A DNA stretch of 64,000 nucleotides, taken from the NCBI GenBank assembly GCA_965199675.1, contig CBDATI010000022.1, positions 47,896-111,895 on the forward strand, given 5' to 3'. Below, one piece after another: positions 29,740 to 40,137 of the stretch. A program made the translations under genes and the position numbers. The DNA is from Vicinamibacterales bacterium. Lineage in GTDB: Bacteria; Acidobacteriota; Vicinamibacteria; Vicinamibacterales; UBA8438. Under the pieces are notes generated by a model. The model was not told the DNA's origin, made no database searches, and worked only from the letters and a program-made list of their open reading frames with translations. Positions within the stretch are counted from its first letter, which is position 1, and each line of letters begins with the position of its first letter.

Positions 29740-30468
29740 GTGAACGATGTGGAGAGGGCGGCGTGGTCGCGCGATGAGTTCGAGCAGAGGCTGCGCGCGA
29801 AGGAGAAGTACTATCACGTGAACCACGAGTTCCACGTCCGGATGCACGCCGGCGAGCTCGACCGGCCGGCCATCCAGGGGTGGGTGGCCAACCGCTTCTA
29901 CTACCAGGTCTCGATTCCCGTCAAGGACGCGGCGCTGATGTCGAACTGCCCGGACCGCGAGGTCCGGCGCGAGTGGGTCAAGCGCATCGTCGACCACGAC
30001 GGCAGCGCCGGCGCCGAGGGCGGCATCGAGGCGTGGCTGCAGTTGGGCGAGGCCGTCGGCCTGTCGCGCGACGACCTGTGGGCCCAGAAGCATCTGCTGC
30101 CGGGGGTGAAGTTCGCCATCGACGCCTACGTGAATTTCGCGCGGCGGCAGCCGTGGCAGGTCGCGGCGGGGTCGTCGCTGACCGAGCTCTTCGCCCCGAA
30201 GATCCACCAGCGGCGGCTCGAGAACTGGCCGCAGCACTACCCGTGGATCTCGGAGCAGGGCTACAACTACTTCCGCAAGCGGCTCTCCGAGGCCCGCCGC
30301 GACGTCGTGCACGGCCTGAACATCACCCTCGACTACTGCCGGACCCGCGAGCAGCAGGAGTCGATGCTCGACGTGCTGCAGTTCAAGCTCGACGTGCTGT
30401 GGACCATGCTGGACTGCATGTGGATGGCCTATGTCGAGCACCGGCCGCCCTACCACAACGTCGAGTGA
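29740..30468 (+). CDS. pqqC: Pyrroloquinoline-quinone synthase
   Basis: [48 protein letters not shown]. Confidence 0.95.
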   Translation: MNDVERAAWSRDEFEQRLRAKEKYYHVNHEFHVRMHAGELDRPAIQGWVANRFYYQVSIPVKDAALMSNCPDREVRREWVKRIVDHDGSAGAEGGIEAWLQLGEAVGLSRDDLWAQKHLLPGVKFAIDAYVNFARRQPWQVAAGSSLTELFAPKIHQRRLENWPQHYPWISEQGYNYFRKRLSEARRDVVHGLNITLDYCRTREQQESMLDVLQFKLDVLWTMLDCMWMAYVEHRPPYHNVE

Positions 30469-30489
30469 CACGCTCGGGAGAACGTCGTC

Positions 30490-31377
30490 GTGAATCCGCG
30501 GTACGCATCGACGGCGAGGGCGCCGGTGGACGGCGCGCCCCCGGGCGACCGGGCGCGGCGAGGGCGGTCCGCGACGACGACCGCCGCGGGTGAGGCCGCC
30601 GACGGCCTCCTGCCGCTCTCGCTGATCGTGCTCGCCCGGAACGAGGAGGCCGCCATCGGCCGCTGCCTCGACAGCGTCCCCTTCGCGGCCGAGAAGATCG
30701 TCATCGACTCGGGCAGCACCGACGGCACCGCGGCGGTGGCGGCGGCGCACGGCGCGACCGTGATAGACCGCGAGTGGCTGGGCTTCGGGCCGATGCGGCG
30801 GCGGGCCGAGGACGACGCCGGCCACGAGTGGATCCTCATGCTCGACGCCGACGAGTGGATGAGCGACGCGCTGCAACGGCAGTGCCGCGCCGAGCTGCCG
30901 GGGCTGCTGGAGCGGGCCGACGCCGTGCAGCTCTCGCGGCGCACCCGCTACTGCGGCCGGACGATGAACCACTACCGGCCGTTCGCGCGCGACCACATCT
31001 GGCGCTGCTACCGGAAGGGCCGCGCGGCGTGGACGCCCGACCGGGTGCACGAGCGCCTGCGGCCGGCCCCGGGCTGCCGCACCCACCGCCTGACCGCGCC
31101 CCTCGTCCACGACAGCTACGCCAGCGTGGCCCATCACCAGGCGAAGGCCTGCCGCTACATCGACCTGTGGGCCCGGCAGGCGTTCGAACGGGGGAGGAAG
31201 CCGAGGCTGCTGGGGACGTTCCTGTCGCTGCCCGCGTACCTGTTCCGCGACCTCGTGCTCCGCCGGGCGGTCCTCGACGGCTGGCCGGGCGTCATCGCGG
31301 CCTGGATCACCGTCCACAGCACGGTCATGAAGCGCCTGCGGCTGTACGAGCTCCACCGGGACGCCGGTCGTTCATGA
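30490..31377 (+). CDS. GT2 glycosyltransferase (KdtX/WaaE-like; start uncertain)
   Basis: ARNEE..RCLDS, DSGSTD, LDADE, VHE. Confidence 0.82.
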   Translation: MNPRYASTARAPVDGAPPGDRARRGRSATTTAAGEAADGLLPLSLIVLARNEEAAIGRCLDSVPFAAEKIVIDSGSTDGTAAVAAAHGATVIDREWLGFGPMRRRAEDDAGHEWILMLDADEWMSDALQRQCRAELPGLLERADAVQLSRRTRYCGRTMNHYRPFARDHIWRCYRKGRAAWTPDRVHERLRPAPGCRTHRLTAPLVHDSYASVAHHQAKACRYIDLWARQAFERGRKPRLLGTFLSLPAYLFRDLVLRRAVLDGWPGVIAAWITVHSTVMKRLRLYELHRDAGRS

Positions 31378-32210
31378 CCGCGGTCTCCGTCGTCATCGCC
31401 ACGTACAACTGGCCCGCCGCGCTCGACGCGTGCCTCCATGCCTTGCGGCGGCAGACCGCGGTCCCCTGCGAGATCATCGTGGCCGACGACGGCAGCGGAC
31501 CCGACACCCGCGCCGTCGTCGAGCGTCACCAGCCGGTGGCCCCCTGCCCTCTGCGCCACGTCTGGCACCCCGACCACGGGTTCCGGCTCGGGGCCATCCG
31601 CAACAAGGCCATGGCCCGGGCCGCCGGCGACTACATCGTGAGCCTCGACGGCGACATGGTGTGCCACCCGCGGTGCGTCGAAGACCACGGCCGGCTGCGC
31701 GATCCGGGCTGCTTCCGCCAGGGGTCGCGCATTCCGTTGGGCCCGGCGGCGACGGCGTTGATGACGGGGCGGCCGGGCTGGTGGCCCTCGGTATTCACCC
31801 CCGGCGTCCGGCGGCGGGCGAGGCTCGCTCGGCTGCCGGTCGCGGCGGCGCGGCTGCTCAACCCTCCGCACCGCGACCCGATGACGGTCCGCGGCTGCCA
31901 CCAGGGCTTCTGGCGGCGCGACCTGGTGGCCGTCAACGGCTTCAACGAGGCCATGTGGGGCTGGGGGCGCGAGGACAACGAGCTGGCGGTGCGGCTCGGC
32001 CACCTCGGGCGCCGGCGCCGCAACCTGCGCGGGGCGGCCCTGGCGTGCCATCTCCACCACCGCGAGGGCGATCGCGGCCGGCTCGGCGAGAACGAGCGCA
32101 TCCTCCGAGAGACCATCGCCGCGGGGCGTGTCCGGTGCGAGCGCGGCCTCGACCAGTGGACGGGCGACCCCGAGGCCTGGGACTACCTGGCGCAGCATCG
32201 GGGCCGATGA
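31374..32210 (+). CDS. GT2 glycosyltransferase (galactosyltransferase-like C-terminus)
   Basis: VIATYN, ADDGS, DGD, VNGFNE..GWGRED. ATGA overlap. Confidence 0.85.
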   Translation: MTAVSVVIATYNWPAALDACLHALRRQTAVPCEIIVADDGSGPDTRAVVERHQPVAPCPLRHVWHPDHGFRLGAIRNKAMARAAGDYIVSLDGDMVCHPRCVEDHGRLRDPGCFRQGSRIPLGPAATALMTGRPGWWPSVFTPGVRRRARLARLPVAAARLLNPPHRDPMTVRGCHQGFWRRDLVAVNGFNEAMWGWGREDNELAVRLGHLGRRRRNLRGAALACHLHHREGDRGRLGENERILRETIAAGRVRCERGLDQWTGDPEAWDYLAQHRGR

Positions 32211-32325
32211 CCGCTTCGGCCCGCCGCCGTTCCGTGGCGTCCCGCGCGCGCCACCGTTCCCGCCGTGTTCCCGTCGCGATCGAGCCCGCCAATCGTCGCC
32301 TTCGAGCCAGGAAGTTCGGCAAGCA

Positions 32326-32625
32326 CTACTCCATGCTTCGCCTGGCGCCCCCACTGTTCAGGGGAGCCGGTCCTGCCTGGTTCTCTGTCTGCTGGCGAGA
32401 GACATCTCGAATCGCTATTCCGAAGTCCTGTCGGTCCTCGATGGCTTGTGCGATCTCGCGGTCGACGATCCGTCGTGTTCGCAGGCGGGCGTTCTCGCTG
32501 TTCCAGTCGGCGATTCCTCTTGCGATTGAGTCCTCGTCGAAGTACTGCCGCGACAGACGGTCGTCGTTGTCGCGCTTCCAGGCGCTCTTTCCTGCGCCGT
32601 TGCCGCCCATCACAAAGGTGAACAC
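32326..32625 (-). pseudogene. Truncated zeta-toxin-like P-loop ATPase/kinase fragment
   Basis: FVMGGNGAGKS P-loop, DEDSIA and AIEDRQDFGI, after which similarity appears to be lost. Lower-GC patch. Confidence 0.5.
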
Positions 32626-32653
32626 CGGGCGGTTGTCGAGTTGGTCGGCCGGT

Positions 32654-34066
32654 CTACCCCTGCGGCCTCATCGAAGCCCGCCGCTTCCAGCGTCCGGACC
32701 GGAACAGGCGCACCATCAACCCGAGCTGCACGAGGGGCGCCGCCGCCCAGGCCAGCAGGGGCCCCTCCGGCTCCCACCCCAACACCGCCACGGTGATGAA
32801 CGTCAGCGACAGCAGCAGTCCCCACTGCGTGATCAGGGTGTAGGTCAGGATCGGCCTGGTGTCTCCGGCGCCGGTCAGCGCGCCCTGCACGCAGATGCTC
32901 ACCGAGCTGAAGAACTGCGCCACCGCGAACCACCGCAGCACCGTCGCGGCGAGGGGCGCCACCTCGGCGTCGGCGATGAACAGGGCGGCGAGGGGCCGCG
33001 CGAACGCGAACGTCAGCGCGACCACCCCGGCCATGATCAGCGACAGGAGCTGCACGCTGCGGCGCCCCAGGGCCTCGGCCCGGTCGAGCTGCCCGGCGCC
33101 GACAGCCTGGCCCACGAGGGTGGCGGTGGCGATCTGGAACGCCAGGGCCGGCAGCACGCTGACCAGCCGCACCTGCAGCCCGACCCCGGCCGCTGCGTGC
33201 ATCGACGCCCCCAGGGCGCCGGCCCCGAGCAGGCCCAGGTACACCACCCGGGCGCCGTTGCGGGCGACGCCGGCGAGGGCGGGGGGCATGCCGATCCGCA
33301 GCATGCGCCGGATCAGGGGCCAGTCCAGCCCCAGCACGGGCCGGAAGCGGACCCGGCCGTGCCGCGTGCCGCGGGTCAGGAGCGCCAGATAGAGGCCGGC
33401 GCCGATGGCCCGGGCCGCCACCGTCCCCACCGCCGCCCCCGCGACCCCCATCGGCGCCCACGGTCCCGCCCCGAAGATGAACACGTAGTTCAGGGGGACG
33501 TTCAGCACCGCGACGGCGGTGGCGAGCCTGAGGGGCGTCTTCGCGTCGCCGTTCCCGCGGAAGATCGCGGCGGGGATGACCGTCCCCCACAGGAACACCG
33601 TCCCGAGGAAATAGGTGTGCAGATACGGGACGGCGTGGTTCAGCGCCGCGTCGTCCGCCTGCATCGCGACGAGCAGCGGCCGGCTCAGCAGGTAGCCGGC
33701 GAGGGTGATGGGCGGGCTCAGCAGCAGCACGAGGCGCGTGCCCTGGTGCATCACGCCCTCGACCTGCCGGCGGTCGCCGGCCCCCGCGCCCTGGCTGACG
33801 AGCGCGATCACGCCGGTGGCGACGGCCAGCGCCGACGCCTCGACGAGGAACGCGATCTGGCGCGTCAGGCCAATCGCGGCCGTCGCCTCGTGCCCGAGCC
33901 CCCGCACCATCAGCAGGTCGGCCACCCCGAGGCTCAGCTCGAGCACGTTGTAGAGCAGGGTGGGCCACGCGAGGGCCCAGATGCGGCGGAACGTCGCCGT
34001 CTCGGCGGGGTCGTGCGAAGCCCGGTCAGAGCGGTCGGGCGGCGCGGTGGCTTCTCGCGCTGTCAT
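32654..34066 (-). CDS. MATE family transporter
   Basis: LAWP, SQGAGAG, FRGNGDAKTP, NVPLNYVFIFG, MGVAGAA, GQAVGAG. Confidence 0.9.
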   Translation of the reverse strand: MTAREATAPPDRSDRASHDPAETATFRRIWALAWPTLLYNVLELSLGVADLLMVRGLGHEATAAIGLTRQIAFLVEASALAVATGVIALVSQGAGAGDRRQVEGVMHQGTRLVLLLSPPITLAGYLLSRPLLVAMQADDAALNHAVPYLHTYFLGTVFLWGTVIPAAIFRGNGDAKTPLRLATAVAVLNVPLNYVFIFGAGPWAPMGVAGAAVGTVAARAIGAGLYLALLTRGTRHGRVRFRPVLGLDWPLIRRMLRIGMPPALAGVARNGARVVYLGLLGAGALGASMHAAAGVGLQVRLVSVLPALAFQIATATLVGQAVGAGQLDRAEALGRRSVQLLSLIMAGVVALTFAFARPLAALFIADAEVAPLAATVLRWFAVAQFFSSVSICVQGALTGAGDTRPILTYTLITQWGLLLSLTFITVAVLGWEPEGPLLAWAAAPLVQLGLMVRLFRSGRWKRRASMRPQG

Positions 34067-34418
34067 CGTGCAGCCGGTGCGCCACCGCGCCCGTTGTGGT
34101 CCGACATCGGGTTGCCGACAGCGCCGGCAGATCCTACTTCACTTGGCGCCTGCGTTCATGCGGGGCATGCGGGCCGCGACGGTTCGGCACATAATCTTCG
34201 ACGAACCGCACCGCTGGCCGTCGCCGCCGGCCGCGGCGCCCCTGAGCGAATCGCGGGCGAGCCGGTCGTGACCGCCGGGCACGGCTCGACTCTGCGGATG
34301 ACGAGTACGGCCGGGCCGCTGTCGGTGATACCGTCATGACGAGCGGTGACCCGGCCCTGGTGGACTGCCGCGCCGCCGTCGAAAGGTCGGGACGGCGCGA
34401 GCCGAATCCGGGCGCCCA

Positions 34419-35891
34419 ATGACCGACGCCGCACCGCTCCCGCCTGTCGCGCCGTCCCCCCTCGCGCGCGCCGCCGCGGACCGCGCGGTCGCCAACCACT
34501 TCGACGCCGTCGTCGACACGTTGGCCGACCTCGTCGCCTTTCGCACCGTCGTCGAGGAAGGGGTGCCCAATGCCCGCCACCCCGAGTTCCTGCGTCTCAA
34601 GGGCTATCTCGCCGACCTCGCCGCTCGCCTGGGGCTCGACTTCGAGGACCACGGCGCGGCCCTGGTGCTGGGCCTGGGCCGGTCGGCAGATCGTCTCGGC
34701 CTCCTGACGCACGCCGACGTGCGGCCCGCCGACGCGGCCGCGTGGCGCACCGACCCGTTCACTCTCGACCGCGACTCGGAGCCGGGGCGGCTGCTGGGCC
34801 GCGGGGTCGAGGACGACAAGGGGGCCGTCGCCGCCGCGCTCTACAGCCTCGGAGCCCTGCGCGACGAGGGGCTGCCCCGGCGCCGCCGCGTCGAGCTGAT
34901 CGTCTCGTTGCACGAGGAGTCCGACTGGACCCCCTTTCGCGAGTTCCTCGCCGGCTGGACGCCGCCGCCGCTGAACGTGGCGTTCGACGCCCTCTACCCG
35001 GTGGTCACCGGCGAGTTCGGCGCCGGCGAGATTCGGGTCACCCTGCGCGACCGCGCCCCGGCCGCCTCCGCGGGCGCGCCGCGGCTGGTGTCGTTCACCG
35101 GCGGCGGCTATCTCTCGCGGGTGCCGGGTTCCGCCGAAGCGGTCGTCGCCGGCGCCGACGACCGGTTGGCCGCCGCGATGGAGGGGGCCGTCGCCGCGGC
35201 CGAAGCCGGCCGGTTCGAGATCGATCGCGACGGCGACGTCATCCGCATCCGGTCTCACGGCGTCGCCGCCCACTCGTCCGCCCCGTGGACGGGGCGCAAC
35301 GCCATCGTCCAGCTCGCGGCCCTGCTCGGCCGCCGCCGGTGGCCGCCGACCGCGGCGGGAACCATGGTGCGTTTCGTCAACGACCTCGTCGGCTCCGGCC
35401 ACCACGCCGAGTGCTTCGGCGACCTCGCCTACGCCCACGAGGTCATGGGCCGGCTGACGCTCACCCTCGCGACCCTGACCCCGGCGGCCGGCGGTGGCCT
35501 CGTCGCCGCCCTCAACGTCCGCCGCCCCGTCGGCCGGACCGGGCCGGCGGTGGAGCGGACCATCCGCGCCGCCCTCGACGCCTGGCGGCGGCAGACCGGG
35601 CTGTCGTTCGACTGTACGACGGACATCGGCGACCCCTACTACGTCGAGTCGGCCCCGCACGTCCCGGTCCTGCTCGACGTCTTCCGCCACTACACCGGCC
35701 GCCCCGCGCCGGGGCCCATCTCGGTGGGCGGCGGCACCCAGGCCCGGCTGCTGCCCAACGGCGTGAACTTCGGTCCCGCGATGCCCGACGAGCCCTACAC
35801 CGGCCACAGCGACCACGAGTTCATGACCGTCGACCGCCTGCGGTTGAACCTGCGGATGGTCACGGCGGCGCTCGTCGATCTGGCGGGTTGA
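34419..35891 (+). CDS. M20 family metallo-dipeptidase (Sapep/PepV-like)
   Basis: [27 protein letters not shown]-terminal GH..HE. Confidence 0.85.
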   Translation: MTDAAPLPPVAPSPLARAAADRAVANHFDAVVDTLADLVAFRTVVEEGVPNARHPEFLRLKGYLADLAARLGLDFEDHGAALVLGLGRSADRLGLLTHADVRPADAAAWRTDPFTLDRDSEPGRLLGRGVEDDKGAVAAALYSLGALRDEGLPRRRRVELIVSLHEESDWTPFREFLAGWTPPPLNVAFDALYPVVTGEFGAGEIRVTLRDRAPAASAGAPRLVSFTGGGYLSRVPGSAEAVVAGADDRLAAAMEGAVAAAEAGRFEIDRDGDVIRIRSHGVAAHSSAPWTGRNAIVQLAALLGRRRWPPTAAGTMVRFVNDLVGSGHHAECFGDLAYAHEVMGRLTLTLATLTPAAGGGLVAALNVRRPVGRTGPAVERTIRAALDAWRRQTGLSFDCTTDIGDPYYVESAPHVPVLLDVFRHYTGRPAPGPISVGGGTQARLLPNGVNFGPAMPDEPYTGHSDHEFMTVDRLRLNLRMVTAALVDLAG

Positions 35892-35917
35892 CGCCCCCGA
35901 AGCGTGGTTGCTACGCT
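35888..35917 (+). promoter_or_regulatory. Candidate sigma70 promoter for scoB
   Basis: TTGACG-N18-TACGCT with TGn extended -10. Confidence 0.45.
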
Positions 35918-35940
35918 TGCTCGTTTCGGGAGATCCATCG

Positions 35941-36600
35941 ATGGCACTGACCCGCGAGCAGATGGCGGCCCGCGCCGCCCGCGAGATCGAGGACGGCTAC
36001 TACGTCAACCTCGGCATCGGCATGCCGACCCTGTGCGCGAACTACATCCCGGCCGGCGTGGACGTGAAGTTGCAGAGCGAGAACGGCCTGCTCGGCATCG
36101 GGCCGTACCCGACCGACGACGAGATCGACGCCGACCTCATCAACGCCGGCAAGGAGACGGTGACGGCAGTGCCCGGGGCCAGCTTCTTCAGCAGCGCTCA
36201 GAGCTTCGCGATGATCCGGGGCGGGCACATCGACCTCGCCATCCTCGGGGCGATGCAGGTGTCGCAGGGCGGCGACCTCGCCAACTGGATGATTCCCGGC
36301 GCGATGGTCAAGGGGCCCGGCGGCGCCATGGACCTGGTGACGGGGGCGAAGCGGGTCCTCATCGTCATGGACCACGTGTCGAAACGGGGCGACCTGAAGA
36401 TTCTCAACGAATGCAGCCTGCCCCTGACCGGCAAGAGCGTGGTCGACCGGCTCGTCACCTCGCTCGCGGTCATCGAGGTGACCCCCGAGGGGCTGCGCCT
36501 GCGGGAGCGGGCCCCCGGGGTCTCCGTCGACGAGATCCGCGCCGCGACCGAGCCCGAGCTGCTGGTCGAGGGCGACGTGCCGGAAGTGTCGGTTCAGTAG
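35941..36600 (+). CDS. scoB: 3-oxoacid CoA-transferase subunit B
   Basis: VNLGIGMPT, catalytic [27 protein letters not shown]. Confidence 0.92.
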   Translation: MALTREQMAARAAREIEDGYYVNLGIGMPTLCANYIPAGVDVKLQSENGLLGIGPYPTDDEIDADLINAGKETVTAVPGASFFSSAQSFAMIRGGHIDLAILGAMQVSQGGDLANWMIPGAMVKGPGGAMDLVTGAKRVLIVMDHVSKRGDLKILNECSLPLTGKSVVDRLVTSLAVIEVTPEGLRLRERAPGVSVDEIRAATEPELLVEGDVPEVSVQ

Positions 36601-36755
36601 TCCGCGCCGGGCGGCCGGCGGCGGGTCGGGCGCCAACCGGGCGACGGCGCCCGGCGCCGAGGGGGCCGCGTGCGGTCACGGCCGCACGGTCTTGCCCCCA
36701 TCGGGGCGTCGTGTCCCTGGTGATTCCCAATCGATTCCGAGGAGGTTGAGAGAGC

Positions 36756-38381
36756 ATGACGAAACCGACCTGGCGCGGCATTCGTGTCGCGCGTGTCATG
36801 GCCGCGGTGCTGGTTGCCGGGATGCTGCCGGCGACCCCGGTCGCCGCCCAGGAGGGGCCGACGCTGCCGGCGCCGTACCAGGAGCCGATTCCCTACCAGC
36901 CCGCCGTGCTCGGTCCCTATTCGTTCGCGATCTCCTCGGACGACGAGAAGGCGCAGCAGTTCTTCGACCAGGGCATGCAGTTGATGTACGCCTTCGCCAA
37001 GGTCGACGCGGTGCGGTCGTTCCGCCAGGCGTGGGCCAACGACCCCGACTGCGCCATCTGCTACTGGGGCGAGGCCTGGGCCTGGGGCTCGTACCTCAAC
37101 GGGCCGATGCGGCCGCCCGAAGCGCCCCATGCCCATGCCGCCCTCCAGAAGGCGATGGCCCTCGCGGCGGCGGGGCACGGCACGCCCCGCGAGCGCGACT
37201 ACATCGACGCCCTGTCGGTGCGCTACGTCGAGGACTTCGACGTGGCGAGGAGGCGCGAACAGGACGAGGCCTACGCCGAGGCGATGAAGGCGCTCTCGGA
37301 GCGCTATCCCGACGACCTCGACGCCGCCACACTCTACGGCGACGCGCTGTTCCTGCTCGAGCCGCGCCGGGGCACGCGCGACCTGAACGACCCCAACGTC
37401 CAGCGGCTCCACGGCGTGCTGGAGAGCGTGCTCGCCCGCGACATCGAGCATCCCGGCGCCTGTCATCTCTACATCCACGCCACCGAGTCGACCGTCGATC
37501 CGGGCCGGGCGGCGGCGTGCGCCGAGCACCTCGGCGCCGCCATCCCCGGCGCCAGCCACATCAACCACATGCCGTCGCACACCTGGAACGAGATCGGGCG
37601 CTGGGCCGACGGGGTGCGGGCCAACCTCCGCGCCTGGCACTCGGACCTGAAGGCGGCCGACGGCGGCGGCGAAGGCGTGGCCATCTACCCCACCCACAAC
37701 CTGCACATGCTGCTGTTCGCGGCGTCGATGGACGGGCAGGGCGCCGTCGCCATCCAGGCCGGCAAGGACTATCACCGGCTGACCGGCGACGGCGTGCACC
37801 ACGTGCTGACCCTGCTGCGCTTCGGCCGGTTCGACGAGGTGCTGGCGGTGACCGACCGGCCTGAGAACGAGGTCTCCGCCGGGCTGTGGGACTTCGCCCA
37901 GGGCTATGCCCACCTGCGCCAGGGCGCCGCCGACTTCGCCGAGGTCTATCTGAACCGGGTGCGGCGCCTCGCCGAGACCTCGGAGGCGCAAATGCGGTTC
38001 CACCCCGCCGAGACCCTGCTCGGCGTCGTCGCCGGCATTCTCGAGGGAGAGCTGCTCCGCGAGCGGGGCGACACCGACGGCGCCGTCGCCGCCTTCGAGC
38101 GCGCGGTCGAGCTGGAGGACACGCTGGCCTACGACGAGCCCGAGCCGCTGCCGTTCGCGGCCCGGCACTGGCTGGGTGCGCTCCTGCTCGAGCTGGAGCG
38201 CCACGCGGAGGCCGAGCAGGCGTACCGCGACGAGCTCGCCGACCATCCCCACAACGGCTGGTCGCTCTTCGGCCTGAAGACGGCTGTCGAGGCGCAGGGC
38301 CGCACCGACGCGGCCGTCGACGCCGACCTCGAAGCGAGCTGGGCGCGGTCGGACACCTGGATCAAGGCGTCGCGCTTCTGA
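36756..38381 (+). CDS. Secreted TPR-repeat protein
   Basis: Signal peptide, AQQFFDQG, CAICYWGEAWA, HPGACHLYIHA, HMPSH, HPHNGWSLFGL. Confidence 0.8.
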   Translation: MTKPTWRGIRVARVMAAVLVAGMLPATPVAAQEGPTLPAPYQEPIPYQPAVLGPYSFAISSDDEKAQQFFDQGMQLMYAFAKVDAVRSFRQAWANDPDCAICYWGEAWAWGSYLNGPMRPPEAPHAHAALQKAMALAAAGHGTPRERDYIDALSVRYVEDFDVARRREQDEAYAEAMKALSERYPDDLDAATLYGDALFLLEPRRGTRDLNDPNVQRLHGVLESVLARDIEHPGACHLYIHATESTVDPGRAAACAEHLGAAIPGASHINHMPSHTWNEIGRWADGVRANLRAWHSDLKAADGGGEGVAIYPTHNLHMLLFAASMDGQGAVAIQAGKDYHRLTGDGVHHVLTLLRFGRFDEVLAVTDRPENEVSAGLWDFAQGYAHLRQGAADFAEVYLNRVRRLAETSEAQMRFHPAETLLGVVAGILEGELLRERGDTDGAVAAFERAVELEDTLAYDEPEPLPFAARHWLGALLLELERHAEAEQAYRDELADHPHNGWSLFGLKTAVEAQGRTDAAVDADLEASWARSDTWIKASRF

Positions 38382-38735
38382 GGGGGCTGCGCCGGCCGAA
38401 CGGCGAGAGGGGAGCGGCCCGGCCGGCGCCGGCGTTTGGCAGGACCCGAGAGCCGGGCAAGCGCTCGGCGAGCGGCGCCAGCCATGACCATGGGCAATGG
38501 AGGGGGCTGCGCCGGCCGACGGCGAAGGGGAGCGGCCCGGCCGGCGCCGGCGTTTGGCGGGACCCGAGAGCCGGGCAAGCGCTCGGCGAGCGGCGCCAGC
38601 CATGACCATGGGCAATTGAGGGAGCTGCGCCGGCCGACGGCGAAGGGGAGCGGCCGGCCGGCGCCGGCGTTTGGCAGGATCCGAGGGCCGGGCAAGTGCT
38701 CGGCGAGCGGCGCCAGCCATGACCGTGGGCAATTG
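38380..38735. repeat. Three near-identical ~119-bp tandem units
   Basis: Units start at 38380, 38500 and 38618 (gaggg.gctgcgccggccga...gctcggcgagcggcgccagccatgacc.tgggcaat). Confidence 0.95.
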
Positions 38736-38786
38736 GCTCGCGGGAACGTTCCACTTCCGGCAGGTTCAAGGTGACAGGAGGTTCGG

Positions 38787-39647
38787 ATGATGCGAGCCGT
38801 TGTCGTCGCTCTTGTCGCCGTCGCCGTGTTCCAGATTGGCGCCTGGCTGGCGGTGGTGGGCACCATCGCCCGTGGGGAGACTGCCGCCCCCGTCTCCGCC
38901 GCTCATCTGCCGCCGAGCGGGGCCACCGCCGAGGGCGACCTCGCGGTGTCGCCCCGGCGCGGCGAGTTCGTCGACATCCCGGCGCCGGGCAGCGCCGTGC
39001 CCGTCCGCACCTGGGTGGTGCGGCCCGAGCGCTCGCCCGCCCCGGTCGTGGTCGTCGTCCACGACGCCTACCGGCTGTCGGACTGGGTGCGCAGCATCGC
39101 CGACGCCCTCGCGGCCGAGGGGTTCCTCGCGGTCGCCCCCGACATCCCTTCGGGGCTGACGCCCGACGGGGCCTATCTCGGCGGCGCGGATGGTCTCGTC
39201 CCCGCCGTCGCGATGATCGGGCCGCGGGAGCGGACGCGTCGGCTCGACGCGGTTCGCGCCTGGGCCCTCGACCTGCCGGCCGCCCATCCACGACTCGGCG
39301 TGGTCGGGTTCAGTTGGGGCGGTTCGGCCGGCTTCGCCTACGCCGTCGAGCAGCCCGGGCTCGATGCCCTGGTCGTCTTCTACGGCGACGCGCCCCGCGT
39401 GGAAGCAGACTACCGACGCATTGAAGCGCCGGTCCTCGGCCTGTACGGCGGGGAGCTCCAGACGGCGGCGACGATGCCCGGCGCGCGGGCGGCGATGGCC
39501 GCCGCCGGCAAGTCGTTCGAGGGCATCGTCTACGACGGCGCCACCGTTTTCCTCAAGGCCCAGGAAGGGCTGGACGCCAACCGGCGCGCGACGGAAGACG
39601 CGTGGCCGCGCACCTTGGCGTTCCTCCGCGAGCATCTGGCCGGGTAG
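38787..39647 (+). CDS. Dienelactone hydrolase family protein with altered catalytic residues
   Basis: VVVHD, ADALAAEGFLAVAPD, GVVGFSWGG, VFYG, PVLGLYG; N-terminal anchor. Confidence 0.78.
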   Translation: MMRAVVVALVAVAVFQIGAWLAVVGTIARGETAAPVSAAHLPPSGATAEGDLAVSPRRGEFVDIPAPGSAVPVRTWVVRPERSPAPVVVVVHDAYRLSDWVRSIADALAAEGFLAVAPDIPSGLTPDGAYLGGADGLVPAVAMIGPRERTRRLDAVRAWALDLPAAHPRLGVVGFSWGGSAGFAYAVEQPGLDALVVFYGDAPRVEADYRRIEAPVLGLYGGELQTAATMPGARAAMAAAGKSFEGIVYDGATVFLKAQEGLDANRRATEDAWPRTLAFLREHLAG

Positions 39648-40028
39648 CCCTCGTCGCGTCCGCTGTCGGCTCCGCCCGCCGGCAAGTCGTTCGAGGGCAT
39701 CGTGTACGACGGCGCCACCGTTTTCCTCAAGGCCCAGGAAGGGCTGGACGCCAACCGGCGCGCGACGGACGCGTGGCCGCGCACCCTTGGCGTTTCCTCC
39801 GCGAGCATCTGGCCGGGTAGCCGCAGTCGCGCCCGCCGCCGGCTCGGCCCGTCGGCAAGTCGTTCGAGGGCATCGTGTACGACGGCGCCACCGTTTCCTC
39901 AAGGCCCAGGAAGGGCTGGACGCCAACCGGCGCGCGACGGAAGACCCGTGGCCCGCACCCTGGCGTTCCTCCGCGAGCATCTGACCGGGTAGCCCCAGTC
40001 GCGCCCCGCCGTCGGCTCCGCCCGCCGC
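39501..40028. repeat. Three tandem ~175-bp copies of the hydrolase 3' end
   Basis: cggcaagtcgttcgagggcatcgt.tacgacggcgccaccg...gagcatctg.ccgggtagcc at about 39506, 39680 and 39853; copies 2 and 3 carry small indels. Confidence 0.95.
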
Positions 40029-40137
40029 TGAATCGGCTCTCCAGCCCCCCGCTCCGGCTGCCGGGTCTGCTTCGGCGAGACGGGACACTCCGTGCTGGTC
40101 CCTTGTTCGTCTCTTCCGCAGACGTCGGGTTGGCCGT

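Noticed and set aside
38380-38735. CRISPR array
   Set aside because: Whole units repeat with no unique spacers, and there are no cas genes.
28916-40028. DGR template/variable repeat pairs at gene 3' ends
   Set aside because: Differences are not adenine-specific, they include indels, and no reverse transcriptase is in the window.
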